Notes: generated by a model not told the origin, from the sequence alone. A stretch of DNA of 64,000 nucleotides from an uncultured bacterium (GCA_963813815.1 CAWFAD010000010.1:96001-160000); one strand, 5' to 3'; counted from the first letter of the stretch, positions 51,620 through 61,587 are shown. Numbers and translations: made by a program.

Positions 51620-52564
51620 ATGGGGCTCATTCTCGGCGTCGACATCGGCGGCACCGATATCAAGCTCGGGATCGTGGAAGAGTCGGCCCGCGTGCTCGAT
51701 TCGGGGTCGATTCCGACCCGGGCGCCGGAGGGTCCGGAGAGCGCGGCCGAGCGCGTCCGCGCCTGGTGCGAGAGCCGGAGCGCCGCGGCGTGCCGCGTCG
51801 ATGCGGCGGGGGTCGCCTGCGCGGGGCTCATCGACGGCGCGCGCGGATATCTTCACGTTTCGCCGAATCTCGGCGGCTGGGTCGACGTGGCGCTCCGCGA
51901 CCGCTTCGAGCGCGCGCTCGGCGTGCCGGTCACGGTCGAGAACGATGCGAACGCCGCGGCCTACGGAGAGTGGCGCGCCGGAGCGGGACGCGGGCTTCGG
52001 AGCTTCGTTTGCCTCACGCTCGGCACCGGTGTCGGCGGAGGCATCGTTTTGGACGGAGCCCTCTACCGGGGTTCGACCGGTTTCGCCGGCGAGATCGGGC
52101 ACGCGGTCATTTGCGCGGACGGTCCGCCCTGCGCGTGCGGCAACCGGGGGTGCCTCGAGGCGCTCATCGGAGCGGCGGCCATCCTCGGGCGGGCACGGGA
52201 GGCGTACGAGGCGGCGGGGCGGCCGCTCGCGGGAGACGGCGCGGGCATCTCCGTCGAGGGGCTCGCGCGCGCGGCGGCCGCGGGAGACGCGGCGGCGGCC
52301 GGCGTGTTCGCCGAAACGGGCCGGTACCTCGGCGTCGCTCTCGCGAACGTCGTCCATATTCTGGCCCCGGAGGCGATCGCCGTCGGCGGGGGAGTGGCGG
52401 GGGCGGGCGACCTCATCTTCGCCCCCGCGCGGGAAACGCTTCGTCGCTGCGTCATGGATCGCCGGATGGCCGAGGTCCGGGTCGTTCCGGCCGAGCTCGG
52501 CAACCGCGCCGCCGTGATCGGCTCCGCGCTGCTCGCGGCGGAGGAGGCCGGCCGCGCGCGATGA
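51620..52564 (+). CDS. ROK-family sugar kinase (glucokinase-like)
   Basis: GVDIGGT, ENDANAAAYGE, TLGTGVGGG, GEIGH, CACGNRGCLE. Confidence 0.92.
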   Translation: MGLILGVDIGGTDIKLGIVEESARVLDSGSIPTRAPEGPESAAERVRAWCESRSAAACRVDAAGVACAGLIDGARGYLHVSPNLGGWVDVALRDRFERALGVPVTVENDANAAAYGEWRAGAGRGLRSFVCLTLGTGVGGGIVLDGALYRGSTGFAGEIGHAVICADGPPCACGNRGCLEALIGAAAILGRAREAYEAAGRPLAGDGAGISVEGLARAAAAGDAAAAGVFAETGRYLGVALANVVHILAPEAIAVGGGVAGAGDLIFAPARETLRRCVMDRRMAEVRVVPAELGNRAAVIGSALLAAEEAGRAR

Positions 52565-55500
52565 GGGAAAGGGCGCGCGGGCGAATGAAAATCGTCATGT
52601 CGAGAGGATTTCATCTTCGATTGCTTTTCGCGGCGATCGCGGCCTCGCTCGCCGCCGCGGCCGTTTGCCCGCCCGCCGGAGCGCAGGAGGGCGTCCCCGC
52701 CGCGGGCGACAGCGCGATCTACCGCGTCGACGCGGCGCGGCTTCGCTGGACGACGGAGGACGCAGAGCGCGTCATCTACCTCGAGGGGGGCGTGCGCCTC
52801 GAGCACCAGACGACGACCATCACGGGATCCTGGGGAAAACACTACCCCTCCCGGCGGTACCTCATGCTGCACGACAGCGTTCGCGTCGTCGACGGCACGA
52901 CGGTGATGACGGCCGATGAGGGGGAGTATTTCGGCGGGACGAACACCGTCGTCCTGCGGGGGCGGGTCCGCGTGCGGGACACCGGCTGGCAGGCCCGCTG
53001 CGACCGGGTGACGTACGATCGCACGACCCGGGTCGCCGTCATGACCGGCAACCTGAGCCTCGCCGACAGCACGCGAACCCTCTACGCCGACACGATCGTA
53101 TACGACCGTTTCCGCGAAACGGCCGACGCGCGGGGCGGCGTGGTGCTCGCCGACGACGTCGAGGACTATTCGATCGCCGGAGCCCACGCACGGTACGATC
53201 GCGCCCGCCGGAAGGCCGTGGTCGACGTCGATCCAGTGCTCACCTTCGATCTGCGCGCGGAGGAAAAGGGGATCGTTACGAGCCGCCTCATGCGCTTCGA
53301 CATCGACCGCAAACTCGGCATCGCCGAGGGAGACGTCAATCTGGCGAAGGGGGAGACCCGGGCGAGCTGCGACAGCGCGGCCATCTACGACGAGGAGGGG
53401 AGGATCGAGCTCTACGGAAAGCCCCTGGCGACGAGCGACAGGTCCTCGATGAGCGGGACGCGGATGATTCTGTGGTACGACGACGCCGCCGTGCAGCGCA
53501 TCGTCCTCCCCGAGGACGGACGGATAGCCGAATCCCCGCCCGAGGGTTCGCCGTGGCGGGACGATTCGTGGATCGAGGGCGATTCGATCGCCGTCTATCT
53601 TTCGGACGAGCGCGTCGATTCGGTGCGGATCGAGCGCAGCGCCCGTGCGATGTACTATCCCGCCGAGGAGACCGAGCGCAAGGTGTCCAACAACTACGCG
53701 GCGGGAAGCAGGATGTACTTCGCGTTCCGCGAAGGCGAGCTCTCGTATCTGCGCATCGACGGAAAGGCGACGGGACTCTATCAGTTTCTGAATCTCGGCG
53801 GGACAGAGACGATCGACAGCCTCTCCGCCGCGATCGACACGGCGCTCGTCTTCCGGAGCTTCGAGAAGTCGAGCGAGCGCGTTCGGTACAGCGCCGACAC
53901 GATCGAGTACTACGCCGGGCGGGAGAATATCGTCATGCACGGAAAGGCCATGCTCAAGTATCAGGACTCGAGCCTCGAGGCGCGGCGCATCGACTACGAT
54001 TCGCGCCTCAACATCATCGAGGCCACCGGCGCCCCCGTGCTCACGGAGGCCGACCAGCGGATGTACGGGGAGGACATGGGGTACGACATGGACACCCAGG
54101 CGGGCGTGGTCGTCGAGGGCTCGACGAAGTACGACCAGGGGTACTACGTCGGATCGAACATCTTCAAGGTCGGGAGCGACGTGCTCAAGGTCTATCACTC
54201 GACCTACACGACGTGCGACCTCAAGGAGCCGCACTACTCGCTGCGCTCCGACAAGATGAAGGTCTACGTGAACGACAAGATCGTGTCGGGGCCGATCACG
54301 CTCCGCATCGGCGAGCTCCCGGTCTTCTACCTCCCCTTCATGGTCAACTCGCTGCGCCGCGACCGCTCCTCGGGGCTCCTCCGTCCCAATTTCGACATCG
54401 GCATCGACAGCAGGGACGGTCGTTTCATCCGGGGGCTCGGCTACTACTGGGCGACGAACGACTACACCGATTTCACCCTCGTCGGCGATTTCAACGAGAA
54501 CCGGAACATCCGGTTCAACGTCGCGAACCGCTACAAGCTCCGGTACGTCCTCGACGGCGACGTTCGCCTCGACTTCGTCCGGCAGTTCGATCCGAGCGGC
54601 ACCGAATGGAGGATCGAATCGGACCATTCCCAGCAATTCTCGCGGACGGCGAGCTTTCGCAGCAATCTCGAGTTCGTCTCGAGCGACGAGGCGCAGGAGG
54701 CGATCAACAGCTCCGAGGACACGCGGCGGTTCATCGACCGCAAGATCTATTCGACGGCGAGCTACCGCCAATCGTGGGGGGGGACGAGCCTGAGCCTCTC
54801 GGCGAGCCGGGACCAGAAGCTGAACGTGCAGAGCCCCACGACGCCGTCCATCGCGATGACCCTGCCGAGCCTCTCCATCGCCCTTCCGCGGACCTCGCTC
54901 TGGTTCGGCGACAAGCACTCCTCGTCCGAACGATCCTTCTGGGAGAGCGCCCTCGGCGGGATCGCGTTCACCCCGTCGCTTTCGGGAAACCACAGCCGGA
55001 GCGAGAGCGAGGTGCAGAAGCGCTCGGTCGTCACGGCGAGCTCGGGCGCCGGCTTCAGCCGCCAGCAGAGCGTCGGATTCCTCGACGTCAACCCGTCGAT
55101 GAGCCTGCGCTGGAACTACCAGAAGGAGATCGAGAACACGGTCGACACCGCGGGGACGGGCATCGTGTTCGTCCCGGCGCGCGCCGAGTATCGCAACGAG
55201 GTGTCGATGAGCCTCTCGACGGGTCTCGGGACGAAGATCTACGGAACCTTTCACCCGCGCATCGGCTCGCTGGCCGGCATCCGCCACACCCTGAACCCCG
55301 TCGTCTCGTGGCAGTACGTCCCGAAGCTCAGCGAGCGGCAACGGAGCTCGCAGAGCGTCTCGTGGGAGCTCCGCAACTCGATCGATCTGAAGCTCGTGAA
55401 GGGCGAACGGGAGACGAAGCAGAACGGCGTGTTCACCTGGTATCTCAACGGGTACTACCGTCCGGAGAAGGCGATCGCCGACGCCTTTTCCGACATCTCG

Positions 55501-56127
55501 AGCTCGATGCGGCTGCAGGCCGGAAGCTTCATATCGTTCAACCTCAACCAGACCTGGTCCATGGAGTACCGGGAGATCGTCGCCACGACCTTCAGCACCG
55601 GATTCGATCTGCGCGGAGCGTTCGCCTATCCGGCGACGTGGAAGGAGCCCGAGCGCGAGCGCATCGCCGCCGCCCTCGACGAACCCTCCGATGCCCCCGT
55701 TCCGGGCGGGGCCGCCGCGCCGGGCCTGACTCCGGCGTCGGCGGGGAGCTGGTCGCTTCGGCTCAATTACAACTTGAGCCAGAACGTCGGGCGCCGGCTG
55801 CTCTCCGACGGCTCCATCGCGGCGACCCGGCAAACGGACAGCAACCTCGATCTCGGCGGCGCGCTCTCGCTCACGAAGAACTGGCGGATCACCTACTACG
55901 CGTACTACAACGTCGAGGCCCGCGATTTCACCGAGTACCGCTACGCGATCGAGCGCGATCTCCACTGCTGGCGCGCGAGCTTCAACCATCGGCGCTTCGG
56001 AGACGATTGGAGCTACTATTTCCAGATCGCGATCAAGGCGCATCCCGACATCATGTACGAGCAGGGCACCCGCGGAATCCAGTCGTTCGGAGGCTCCGGC
56101 GGCGGATTTCCCATGAGCGGGTACTGA
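52561..56127 (+). CDS. lptD: LPS-assembly protein: long OstA/LptA-like region fused to an LptD-like domain
   Basis: Signal peptide; repeated beta-jellyroll strands; YSADTIEY, YTTCDLKEPHY, LPVFYLPF, SSGLLRP, GLGYYW, RDLHCW; start at 52561, 52585 or 52597. Confidence 0.8.
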   Translation: MRERARGRMKIVMSRGFHLRLLFAAIAASLAAAAVCPPAGAQEGVPAAGDSAIYRVDAARLRWTTEDAERVIYLEGGVRLEHQTTTITGSWGKHYPSRRYLMLHDSVRVVDGTTVMTADEGEYFGGTNTVVLRGRVRVRDTGWQARCDRVTYDRTTRVAVMTGNLSLADSTRTLYADTIVYDRFRETADARGGVVLADDVEDYSIAGAHARYDRARRKAVVDVDPVLTFDLRAEEKGIVTSRLMRFDIDRKLGIAEGDVNLAKGETRASCDSAAIYDEEGRIELYGKPLATSDRSSMSGTRMILWYDDAAVQRIVLPEDGRIAESPPEGSPWRDDSWIEGDSIAVYLSDERVDSVRIERSARAMYYPAEETERKVSNNYAAGSRMYFAFREGELSYLRIDGKATGLYQFLNLGGTETIDSLSAAIDTALVFRSFEKSSERVRYSADTIEYYAGRENIVMHGKAMLKYQDSSLEARRIDYDSRLNIIEATGAPVLTEADQRMYGEDMGYDMDTQAGVVVEGSTKYDQGYYVGSNIFKVGSDVLKVYHSTYTTCDLKEPHYSLRSDKMKVYVNDKIVSGPITLRIGELPVFYLPFMVNSLRRDRSSGLLRPNFDIGIDSRDGRFIRGLGYYWATNDYTDFTLVGDFNENRNIRFNVANRYKLRYVLDGDVRLDFVRQFDPSGTEWRIESDHSQQFSRTASFRSNLEFVSSDEAQEAINSSEDTRRFIDRKIYSTASYRQSWGGTSLSLSASRDQKLNVQSPTTPSIAMTLPSLSIALPRTSLWFGDKHSSSERSFWESALGGIAFTPSLSGNHSRSESEVQKRSVVTASSGAGFSRQQSVGFLDVNPSMSLRWNYQKEIENTVDTAGTGIVFVPARAEYRNEVSMSLSTGLGTKIYGTFHPRIGSLAGIRHTLNPVVSWQYVPKLSERQRSSQSVSWELRNSIDLKLVKGERETKQNGVFTWYLNGYYRPEKAIADAFSDISSSMRLQAGSFISFNLNQTWSMEYREIVATTFSTGFDLRGAFAYPATWKEPERERIAAALDEPSDAPVPGGAAAPGLTPASAGSWSLRLNYNLSQNVGRRLLSDGSIAATRQTDSNLDLGGALSLTKNWRITYYAYYNVEARDFTEYRYAIERDLHCWRASFNHRRFGDDWSYYFQIAIKAHPDIMYEQGTRGIQSFGGSGGGFPMSGY

Positions 56128-56200
56128 AACCGGGCGGAGGCGCGAGACGGGCGTCCCCTGAAAAATCTTGTATCCTCGCGGATAAATCGAGATAAAATTG

Positions 56201-56229
56201 TTGACAACAGGGCGAACGGACGGTAGGGT
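56201..56229 (+). promoter_or_regulatory. Putative sigma-70 promoter of the second HU gene
   Basis: TTGACA-N17-TAGGGT; AAGGAGGT RBS downstream. Confidence 0.55.
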
Positions 56230-56265
56230 GGCGCCAAATCCACGTTCAAGCAAAGGAGGTGAATC

Positions 56266-56559
56266 ATGAACAAGACCGATCTCATCGAAAAGGTCGCCAA
56301 GAAGACCGGGTTGACACTGAAGGATTCGCGCGCCGTCGTCGAAACGATTTTCAGCACTTCTCCGAAGGAAGGCGTCATCGCCGCCGAGCTCGACGCCGGC
56401 AGGAAGGTTCAGATCACCGGTTTCGGGACCTTCATGACGCGCAGAAGGAAGAAACGCATGGGACGCAACCCGCAGACGGGCGAAGCGATCACGATTCCTG
56501 CGGCGAAGTTCCCCGCGTTCGCGGCCGGCAAGTCGCTCAAGGCTCGCGTCGCGAAGTAA
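56266..56559 (+). CDS. hup: HU-family DNA-binding protein
   Basis: [11 protein letters not shown]...VQITGFGTF...GRNPQTGE...[10 protein letters not shown]. Confidence 0.95.
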   Translation: MNKTDLIEKVAKKTGLTLKDSRAVVETIFSTSPKEGVIAAELDAGRKVQITGFGTFMTRRRKKRMGRNPQTGEAITIPAAKFPAFAAGKSLKARVAK

Positions 56560-56574
56560 CCGAGTTTTCGCAGG

Positions 56575-56612
56575 GGGGCAAAGGGAGTTCGCTCTTTTTG
56601 CCCCGTTTTTTT
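56575..56612 (+). terminator. Intrinsic terminator
   Basis: GGGGCAAAGGGAG-TTCG-CTCTTTTTGCCCC followed by a T-tract. Confidence 0.8.
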
Positions 56613-56660
56613 GCAGGCACGAGGGCGGCGCCGGACGGCGGCGCCGCGGTCGGGACGCAT

Positions 56661-58037
56661 ATGCGCTTCATGGTTCTCCTCCTCGGGGCGGGCGCCCTCG
56701 CCGCCTCGTTCGCCGGCTGCGACGAGGAGCGGCCGGTCACCGTGCTTTTCACGGGGGACGACCGGGGATTCGTCGTCCCCGCGGGTTGAGGGGAGACCGC
56801 CTCCGGCGGCGTGGCCCGGCGGGCCGCGAAAATCAACGAGCTCCGTCTCCGCGACGCGGAGCTTCTGCTGCTCTCGGCCGGCGATTTCAGCGCCGAGCCC
56901 GGTATCGTCGAAATGTACCGCTCCCGTTTTCTCTCGCGCACGATGGTCGCTCTCGGCTACGACGCAGTGGCCGTCGGGGAGCGCGAGCTCAACCACGGCA
57001 TCCGGACGCTCAAGGCGGAGGCGGAGGAGGGGCTGCCGCTCATCTGCGCGAATCTCTTCGAGGGCGGGGAGCGCGTCTTTCCTCCGTATATCGTGAAAAA
57101 GGCGCACGGAAAGAGGATCGGCATTCTCGCGCTGCTCGGAGCTCCTCCGCGGGAAACGCGAGGGCTCGAGATCCGCGATCCGGCGTCCGAGGGGCGCGAG
57201 GTCATCGAGGAACTGCGGGGCCGGACGGACTGCATCATCCTCCTCGCGCACATGGGGCGCGAGGAGCTCGCCCATGTGTTGCCGGCGCTCGAGGGGGTCG
57301 ACATCGTCATCCGCGCTCACGCGGCGGGGATCGAGCAGGAAGCGGGCGACTGCGCCGATACGACGGGCGGCCACTTCGAGAACGCGGCGAAGCCGATCCT
57401 CTTCGCGGGGGATCGCGGCCGGAAAATCGGGCTCGCGGCCGTCGCCGCCGCGGGCGGAGATCGCCCCGCGCTCGTCGAGCGGCGGCTCTTCGATCTCGAC
57501 TCGTCGGTTCCGGACGACTCCTCGACGGCGGAGCGGCTGCGCTCGTTCCTCGACGGGGAAGGAGAGCGGCGGCGCGAGCTCTCCCTCTCGAGGGCGCTTT
57601 CTCGCGAGGAGGGGACGGGGCGCGTTCTCGAACGCTACCTCGGCGTGGACGTTTGCGCGCGCTGCCACGGGGAGCTCATGCCGCGATTCACGCTGAGCCG
57701 CCACTCCCGCGCGATGGGGACGCTCCGCGCGCGCGGGGAGGAAACGAACCCCGTTTGCCTTCCGTGCCATACTACCGGATACGGACGCCCGACCGGGTAC
57801 AGCCCCGAAACAGAAACGAAGGGCGCGCCGTATCTTCAGGGGGTGCAATGCGAGGCCTGTCACGGTCCGGGAACGATGCACGAGCGCACCGGCGCCTACG
57901 CGGAGGCCGGCCGGAAATCCTGCCGCGCCTGCCACACGTCGAAGTGGAGCCCCGAGTTCGACTACGAGGCGTCATGGCGGCGGGCCGCGCATTGCGGGAA
58001 ACTCGCGGACAGCGCGTCCGCCGCGGGAGCGCCATGA
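56661..58037 (+). CDS. Putative selenoprotein lipoprotein: UshA-like domain plus tetraheme cytochrome c, in-frame TGA (Sec43) at 56787-56789
   Basis: One frame from ATG 56661: signal, FAGC lipobox, VLFTGDDRGFVVPAG*GETASGGVARR, then SAGD, YDAVAVGERE, CANL, LLAH; four CxxCH motifs. Confidence 0.78.
56799..56824 (+). promoter_or_regulatory. Candidate bacterial SECIS hairpin
   Basis: GCCT-CCG-gc-GGC[GTG]GCC-CGG-c-GGGC; the G-initiated loop starts 22 nt after the TGA (folded by eye). Confidence 0.45.
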
Positions 58038-58777
58038 GAACGATCGCCAGCGCCGCAATCGCCCTCTCCCTCGCCGTCGCGGCCGTCCCCGCCGCCGCCG
58101 TGGATTTTCTCGTCCCCGGCGTCTCGCTCGGGTCCGTTTCGCTCGAGCCCGGCGCGCGGGTGCGCTACCTCGTCGTGACGCAATCGTTCGGATCGTCCGA
58201 TAGCTCGCAGGTCGAGCTCGCCGTTCTCTCGCACGGCCGCGGCGAGGTTCGTCTCGAGGTGTCGACCGCGCCCTATCCGCCCAGCCGAGACGAGACGTTC
58301 ACCGTGAGACTGCGGCTCGCGGAGAGCGTCACGTCGATCGAGTCGGCCGAGGAGTTCCGCGGGTGTCTCCGCGAGATCCGGATCCGCGAGGGGGACGAGG
58401 GTTTTCGCGCGCCCACGGATGACGAGCTCGACGAGCTCGCGATCGAGGATCTCTTCGTCCAAAGCTCCGCCGGCGCCGAGCGCCGGGCGCTCGAGAGCGG
58501 GAAGGTGGCCGTGCCGGCGGGATCCTTCACCTGCTCGGGGATCGAGACCTCGAGACGGAGCGCGCGCACGGTCACGCTCGGCGGCGTGCGGGCCGAGCGC
58601 ACCGAGGAGGAGGTGACCCGGATCTACCTCTCCCGGGACGTGCCGCTCTGGGGGCTCGTGAAGAGCCGAATGGAAAAGCGGAGCATGATGCGGCGCGAGG
58701 GCGCCCCGGCCGCGGCGCCGCGGATCACGATCACCGAATCGACGCTGCTCTCGTTCGAGAGGCCGCGCGCGAGATGA
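58034..58777 (+). CDS. Hypothetical secreted protein
   Basis: ATGA overlap with the upstream gene; signal peptide ending AAA; VAVPAGSFTC and SRDVPLWGLVK segments. Confidence 0.75.
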   Translation: MRTIASAAIALSLAVAAVPAAAVDFLVPGVSLGSVSLEPGARVRYLVVTQSFGSSDSSQVELAVLSHGRGEVRLEVSTAPYPPSRDETFTVRLRLAESVTSIESAEEFRGCLREIRIREGDEGFRAPTDDELDELAIEDLFVQSSAGAERRALESGKVAVPAGSFTCSGIETSRRSARTVTLGGVRAERTEEEVTRIYLSRDVPLWGLVKSRMEKRSMMRREGAPAAAPRITITESTLLSFERPRAR

Positions 58778-58844
58778 CGCTCTTCCCCGCCCGCGCGCCG
58801 GCGGCCGGCTCCCGCGTTCGAGACGATTCCCATTGATGCTTCCC

Positions 58845-58872
58845 TTGCGAAAAACTATTTTTATGCTAGAAT
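58845..58872 (+). promoter_or_regulatory. Putative sigma-70 promoter
   Basis: TTGCGA-N16-TAGAAT with extended TG, in an AT-rich patch. Confidence 0.55.
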
Positions 58873-58893
58873 GTAATCTCAAGGGGGGAATCT

Positions 58894-61248
58894 GTGCATC
58901 TTCGCTCGAGCGTGACGCTGTGTATCGCATGCGCGATCGTCGTTCTGGGAATCGAACCGGTGCGGGGGGAGATCCCGTCCCGTCCCGGGACCGTTTCGTG
59001 CGCCGTCATCGTTCATGACCGCTCCCCGGACTCCTTCGAGCGCGCCGTCGCCGCCGCGGAGGCGGCCGGCGCCCGCGCCATGCAGATGCTGCCTCCCGAA
59101 ACCTTTTTCGCGCGCTTTCCCGCCCGCCCCTCCCGGTCGCTCTTTCAGGGGCTTCCGGTCGAGCTCGTCTTCTCATCGGGCGACGTTCGCGGCAAGGGGC
59201 TCGGTCCCGTCGCCGAAAAGGCGCTCGGGCGTCTTTTCGACGGCATCGGCGCGGCGGCGGCCGGGGCGGCCCCCGCGGCGGGGGAGCCCGTCGAGGACGT
59301 CCTGCTCCGCGTTCCTCCCGAGATCATCCGCGCGGCGACTCCCGCGGGGCCTCGCCTCGCCTCGCCGGGCGAGATATTCGATCGAGGACCGACGCAGAAT
59401 AGCGAGTTTCTCATCGGAACCGTGCTCGTGAACATCGTTTTTCCGGAAAGCGACGGCGGCACGGAGAACTGGACCCAGGACGAGATTTCGGGCGCCGTGG
59501 CCGACCTGATGCTCGGCATCCAGCAGTATCTCGATCGCGCGGGCTGGATGACGACGCCGCTGCGCTTCATTTACAACTACAGGGATTACGTCGGGGTCCC
59601 CGTGTCCATCGAGCCGATCGAGAGCAACATGGACACGGATTACATCTGGATTTCCGAGGCGATGGCCGCGCTCGGCTACAGCGCCGACGCCTATTTCGGC
59701 CCGAGCGCGCTCAACAACGCGACGCGCTCCGCGTTCGACGCCGACTGGGTCTTTACGGCGTTCGTCGCCGACATGAGCGCGCATTACGATCCCGATCCCG
59801 ATCGTCCCGATCCCGGCTGCTGGGGCGGGGCGGGATACGTCGCCTACGCGTACCTCGGCGGCCCGTACCTCGTCATACCGTATCCGGCCTGCCGCTACGG
59901 GTACGGCCTCGGTTTCGGCCGCGTGTTCATTCACGAGATGAGCCACATTTTCTGGGCGCTCGACGAGTACGTGAGCGGCGATTATTACACGCTCTGCACC
60001 GAATGCTCGGGGTACCTCAACGTGCCGACGCTCAACACGCTCTTCCGGCCCGATATGTGCGGCTCCACCCCCGTCGAGTGCATCATGCAGACGGCGAGCC
60101 CTCCGTTCGAGTCGCCGCTCCCCATCTGCGAGACGACTCAGGGGCAGGTCGGGCTCTACGAGAAAGAGCTCGGCGCCATCACGGTGCCCGCCATCTACAG
60201 CCTCGCGCCCGAAATCGAGTTCGTCGTCCTGCCGGGGCTCGAGACCGACACGGTGCTGCCCGACGGAGAGTATCTGTTCGGGGCCCACGTGACGAATCCG
60301 GCCGTTCCGAACCTGAACTCCCAGCAGCCCTCCATCTACCGGATCGATTACGCGGCGGAGCTCGCGAGCGGAGAGATCTCGATCAACGAGATGCCGTACG
60401 AGCCGATCCGGCCCTCGACCGGGGCCTGGGACAGCTCGCGCGAGGACATCGGATTGATCATGGACGGAAGCGTGTTCGAGCCGGGCCTCAACTCGATCCA
60501 GCTGCGCGTGCGCAACATCGCCACGCTCGAAACGATCGCGGAAACGCAGGTGTTCGCGATCGGCATCAAGTATTTCTTCGTCGCGGCGGAGGCCGACAGC
60601 TCCGTCGTCGAGATCTCCTGGGTCACGCCGGGGGAGGTCTTCGGCGCGGCGTTTTCGGTGCTGCGCTCCGACGATACGATCGGCGAGACGGACGCCGTCG
60701 TGTCGGTCGTGACCGAGCCGGTGACGGCGGCTCCCGACCGCCGGGCCTACGCCTTCACGGACACCCTCGTTCGCCCGGGGCATCGCTACCGGTACCGGAT
60801 CGTCGCGTCGTTCGAAATAGATTTTCGCGGCGAGCATCTCGCGTATGAATTTCCGTCGGCCGAAATGAGCGCCACGGCGCTCATACCGATAGCGCCGGGA
60901 GCGTTCGTGTCGAGCCTGCTGCCGAATCCGACGAGAGGGCCGGTGTCCTTCACCGTCGAGGTGCCGATGAGCTATCAACGGGTCGACGACAGCCGGGCGC
61001 CGGCGCCGAACGCGGCGCGGCTCTCTCCCGCGTTGATTCCGGTCACGACGTTCGTCGACATCACGGTGTACAACGTTCTCGGGCAGCGGCTCCGCACGAT
61101 CTTCTCGGGCAGTCTCTTCGGCGGCTACATGTCTCTCGTCTGGGACGGCGCCGGCGATTCGGGCGCCCTCGTTCCGCCGGGGGTCTACTTTCTCTCCGTG
61201 ACGGCGGGAGGGGCGAGGGACGTGCGAAAGGTCGTCATCGTCCGCTGA
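58894..61248 (+). CDS. Secreted zinc metalloprotease with C-terminal FlgD-Ig/T9SS-CTD-like domain
   Basis: Signal peptide; HEMSHIFWALDEY zincin motif; PNP...VYNVLGQRLRT...WDG...G..VPPGVYF...RKVVIVR. Confidence 0.82.
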   Translation: MHLRSSVTLCIACAIVVLGIEPVRGEIPSRPGTVSCAVIVHDRSPDSFERAVAAAEAAGARAMQMLPPETFFARFPARPSRSLFQGLPVELVFSSGDVRGKGLGPVAEKALGRLFDGIGAAAAGAAPAAGEPVEDVLLRVPPEIIRAATPAGPRLASPGEIFDRGPTQNSEFLIGTVLVNIVFPESDGGTENWTQDEISGAVADLMLGIQQYLDRAGWMTTPLRFIYNYRDYVGVPVSIEPIESNMDTDYIWISEAMAALGYSADAYFGPSALNNATRSAFDADWVFTAFVADMSAHYDPDPDRPDPGCWGGAGYVAYAYLGGPYLVIPYPACRYGYGLGFGRVFIHEMSHIFWALDEYVSGDYYTLCTECSGYLNVPTLNTLFRPDMCGSTPVECIMQTASPPFESPLPICETTQGQVGLYEKELGAITVPAIYSLAPEIEFVVLPGLETDTVLPDGEYLFGAHVTNPAVPNLNSQQPSIYRIDYAAELASGEISINEMPYEPIRPSTGAWDSSREDIGLIMDGSVFEPGLNSIQLRVRNIATLETIAETQVFAIGIKYFFVAAEADSSVVEISWVTPGEVFGAAFSVLRSDDTIGETDAVVSVVTEPVTAAPDRRAYAFTDTLVRPGHRYRYRIVASFEIDFRGEHLAYEFPSAEMSATALIPIAPGAFVSSLLPNPTRGPVSFTVEVPMSYQRVDDSRAPAPNAARLSPALIPVTTFVDITVYNVLGQRLRTIFSGSLFGGYMSLVWDGAGDSGALVPPGVYFLSVTAGGARDVRKVVIVR

Positions 61249-61282
61249 TCGCGAGTCCGCGCCGCGGCGGACGGAAATCCTG

Positions 61283-61311
61283 TTGACATCCTACACGCCT
61301 GGTGGTATAAG
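61283..61311 (+). promoter_or_regulatory. Sigma-70 promoter
   Basis: TTGACA-N17-TATAAG with extended TG. Confidence 0.7.
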
Positions 61312-61312
61312 G

Positions 61313-61360
61313 CCACCATATCTGGTATGATGGAGGTCCACCGAATACCGTATGCTGTAT
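61313..61360 (+). promoter_or_regulatory. Tandem NrdR-box-like operators
   Basis: CCACCATATCTGGTAT (61313) and ATACCGTATGCTGTAT (61345), 32 bp apart, at the predicted transcription start. Confidence 0.45.
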
Positions 61361-61398
61361 ACCGCGAAGCAGTCTATCCGCTGAAAGGGAGGGAGGAA

Positions 61399-61587
61399 AT
61401 GACGAGAGTGGAAAAGGAGGATACACTACTTCAGAAGGATAAAAATTACGTGAAATTTCACCGGCTTCTCGCCAAGGCCGAGGCCGAGGGCAGATTAGAC
61501 GGCAAGCACGTTTGCCCGGTGTGCGGGATGAGATTTCTCGCGCCGAAAGAGGCGGACGATTGCTGCCGCATCGTATCGTCGCAGTAA
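61399..61587 (+). CDS. Small zinc-finger-like protein (62 aa)
   Basis: GGAGG RBS; HVCPVCGMRF...EADDCC. Confidence 0.72.
   Translation: MTRVEKEDTLLQKDKNYVKFHRLLAKAEAEGRLDGKHVCPVCGMRFLAPKEADDCCRIVSSQ

Noticed and set aside
52063..56253. 1396-aa minus-strand ORF (likewise 27145-30396, 36888-39158, 45509-47800)
   Set aside because: Shadows of well-supported plus-strand genes
56811..58037. Standalone 408-aa cytochrome starting at GTG 56811
   Set aside because: It would lack a signal peptide and the first strand of the fold, and the nearest RBS-like sequence is 15 nt away; TGA readthrough explains it better
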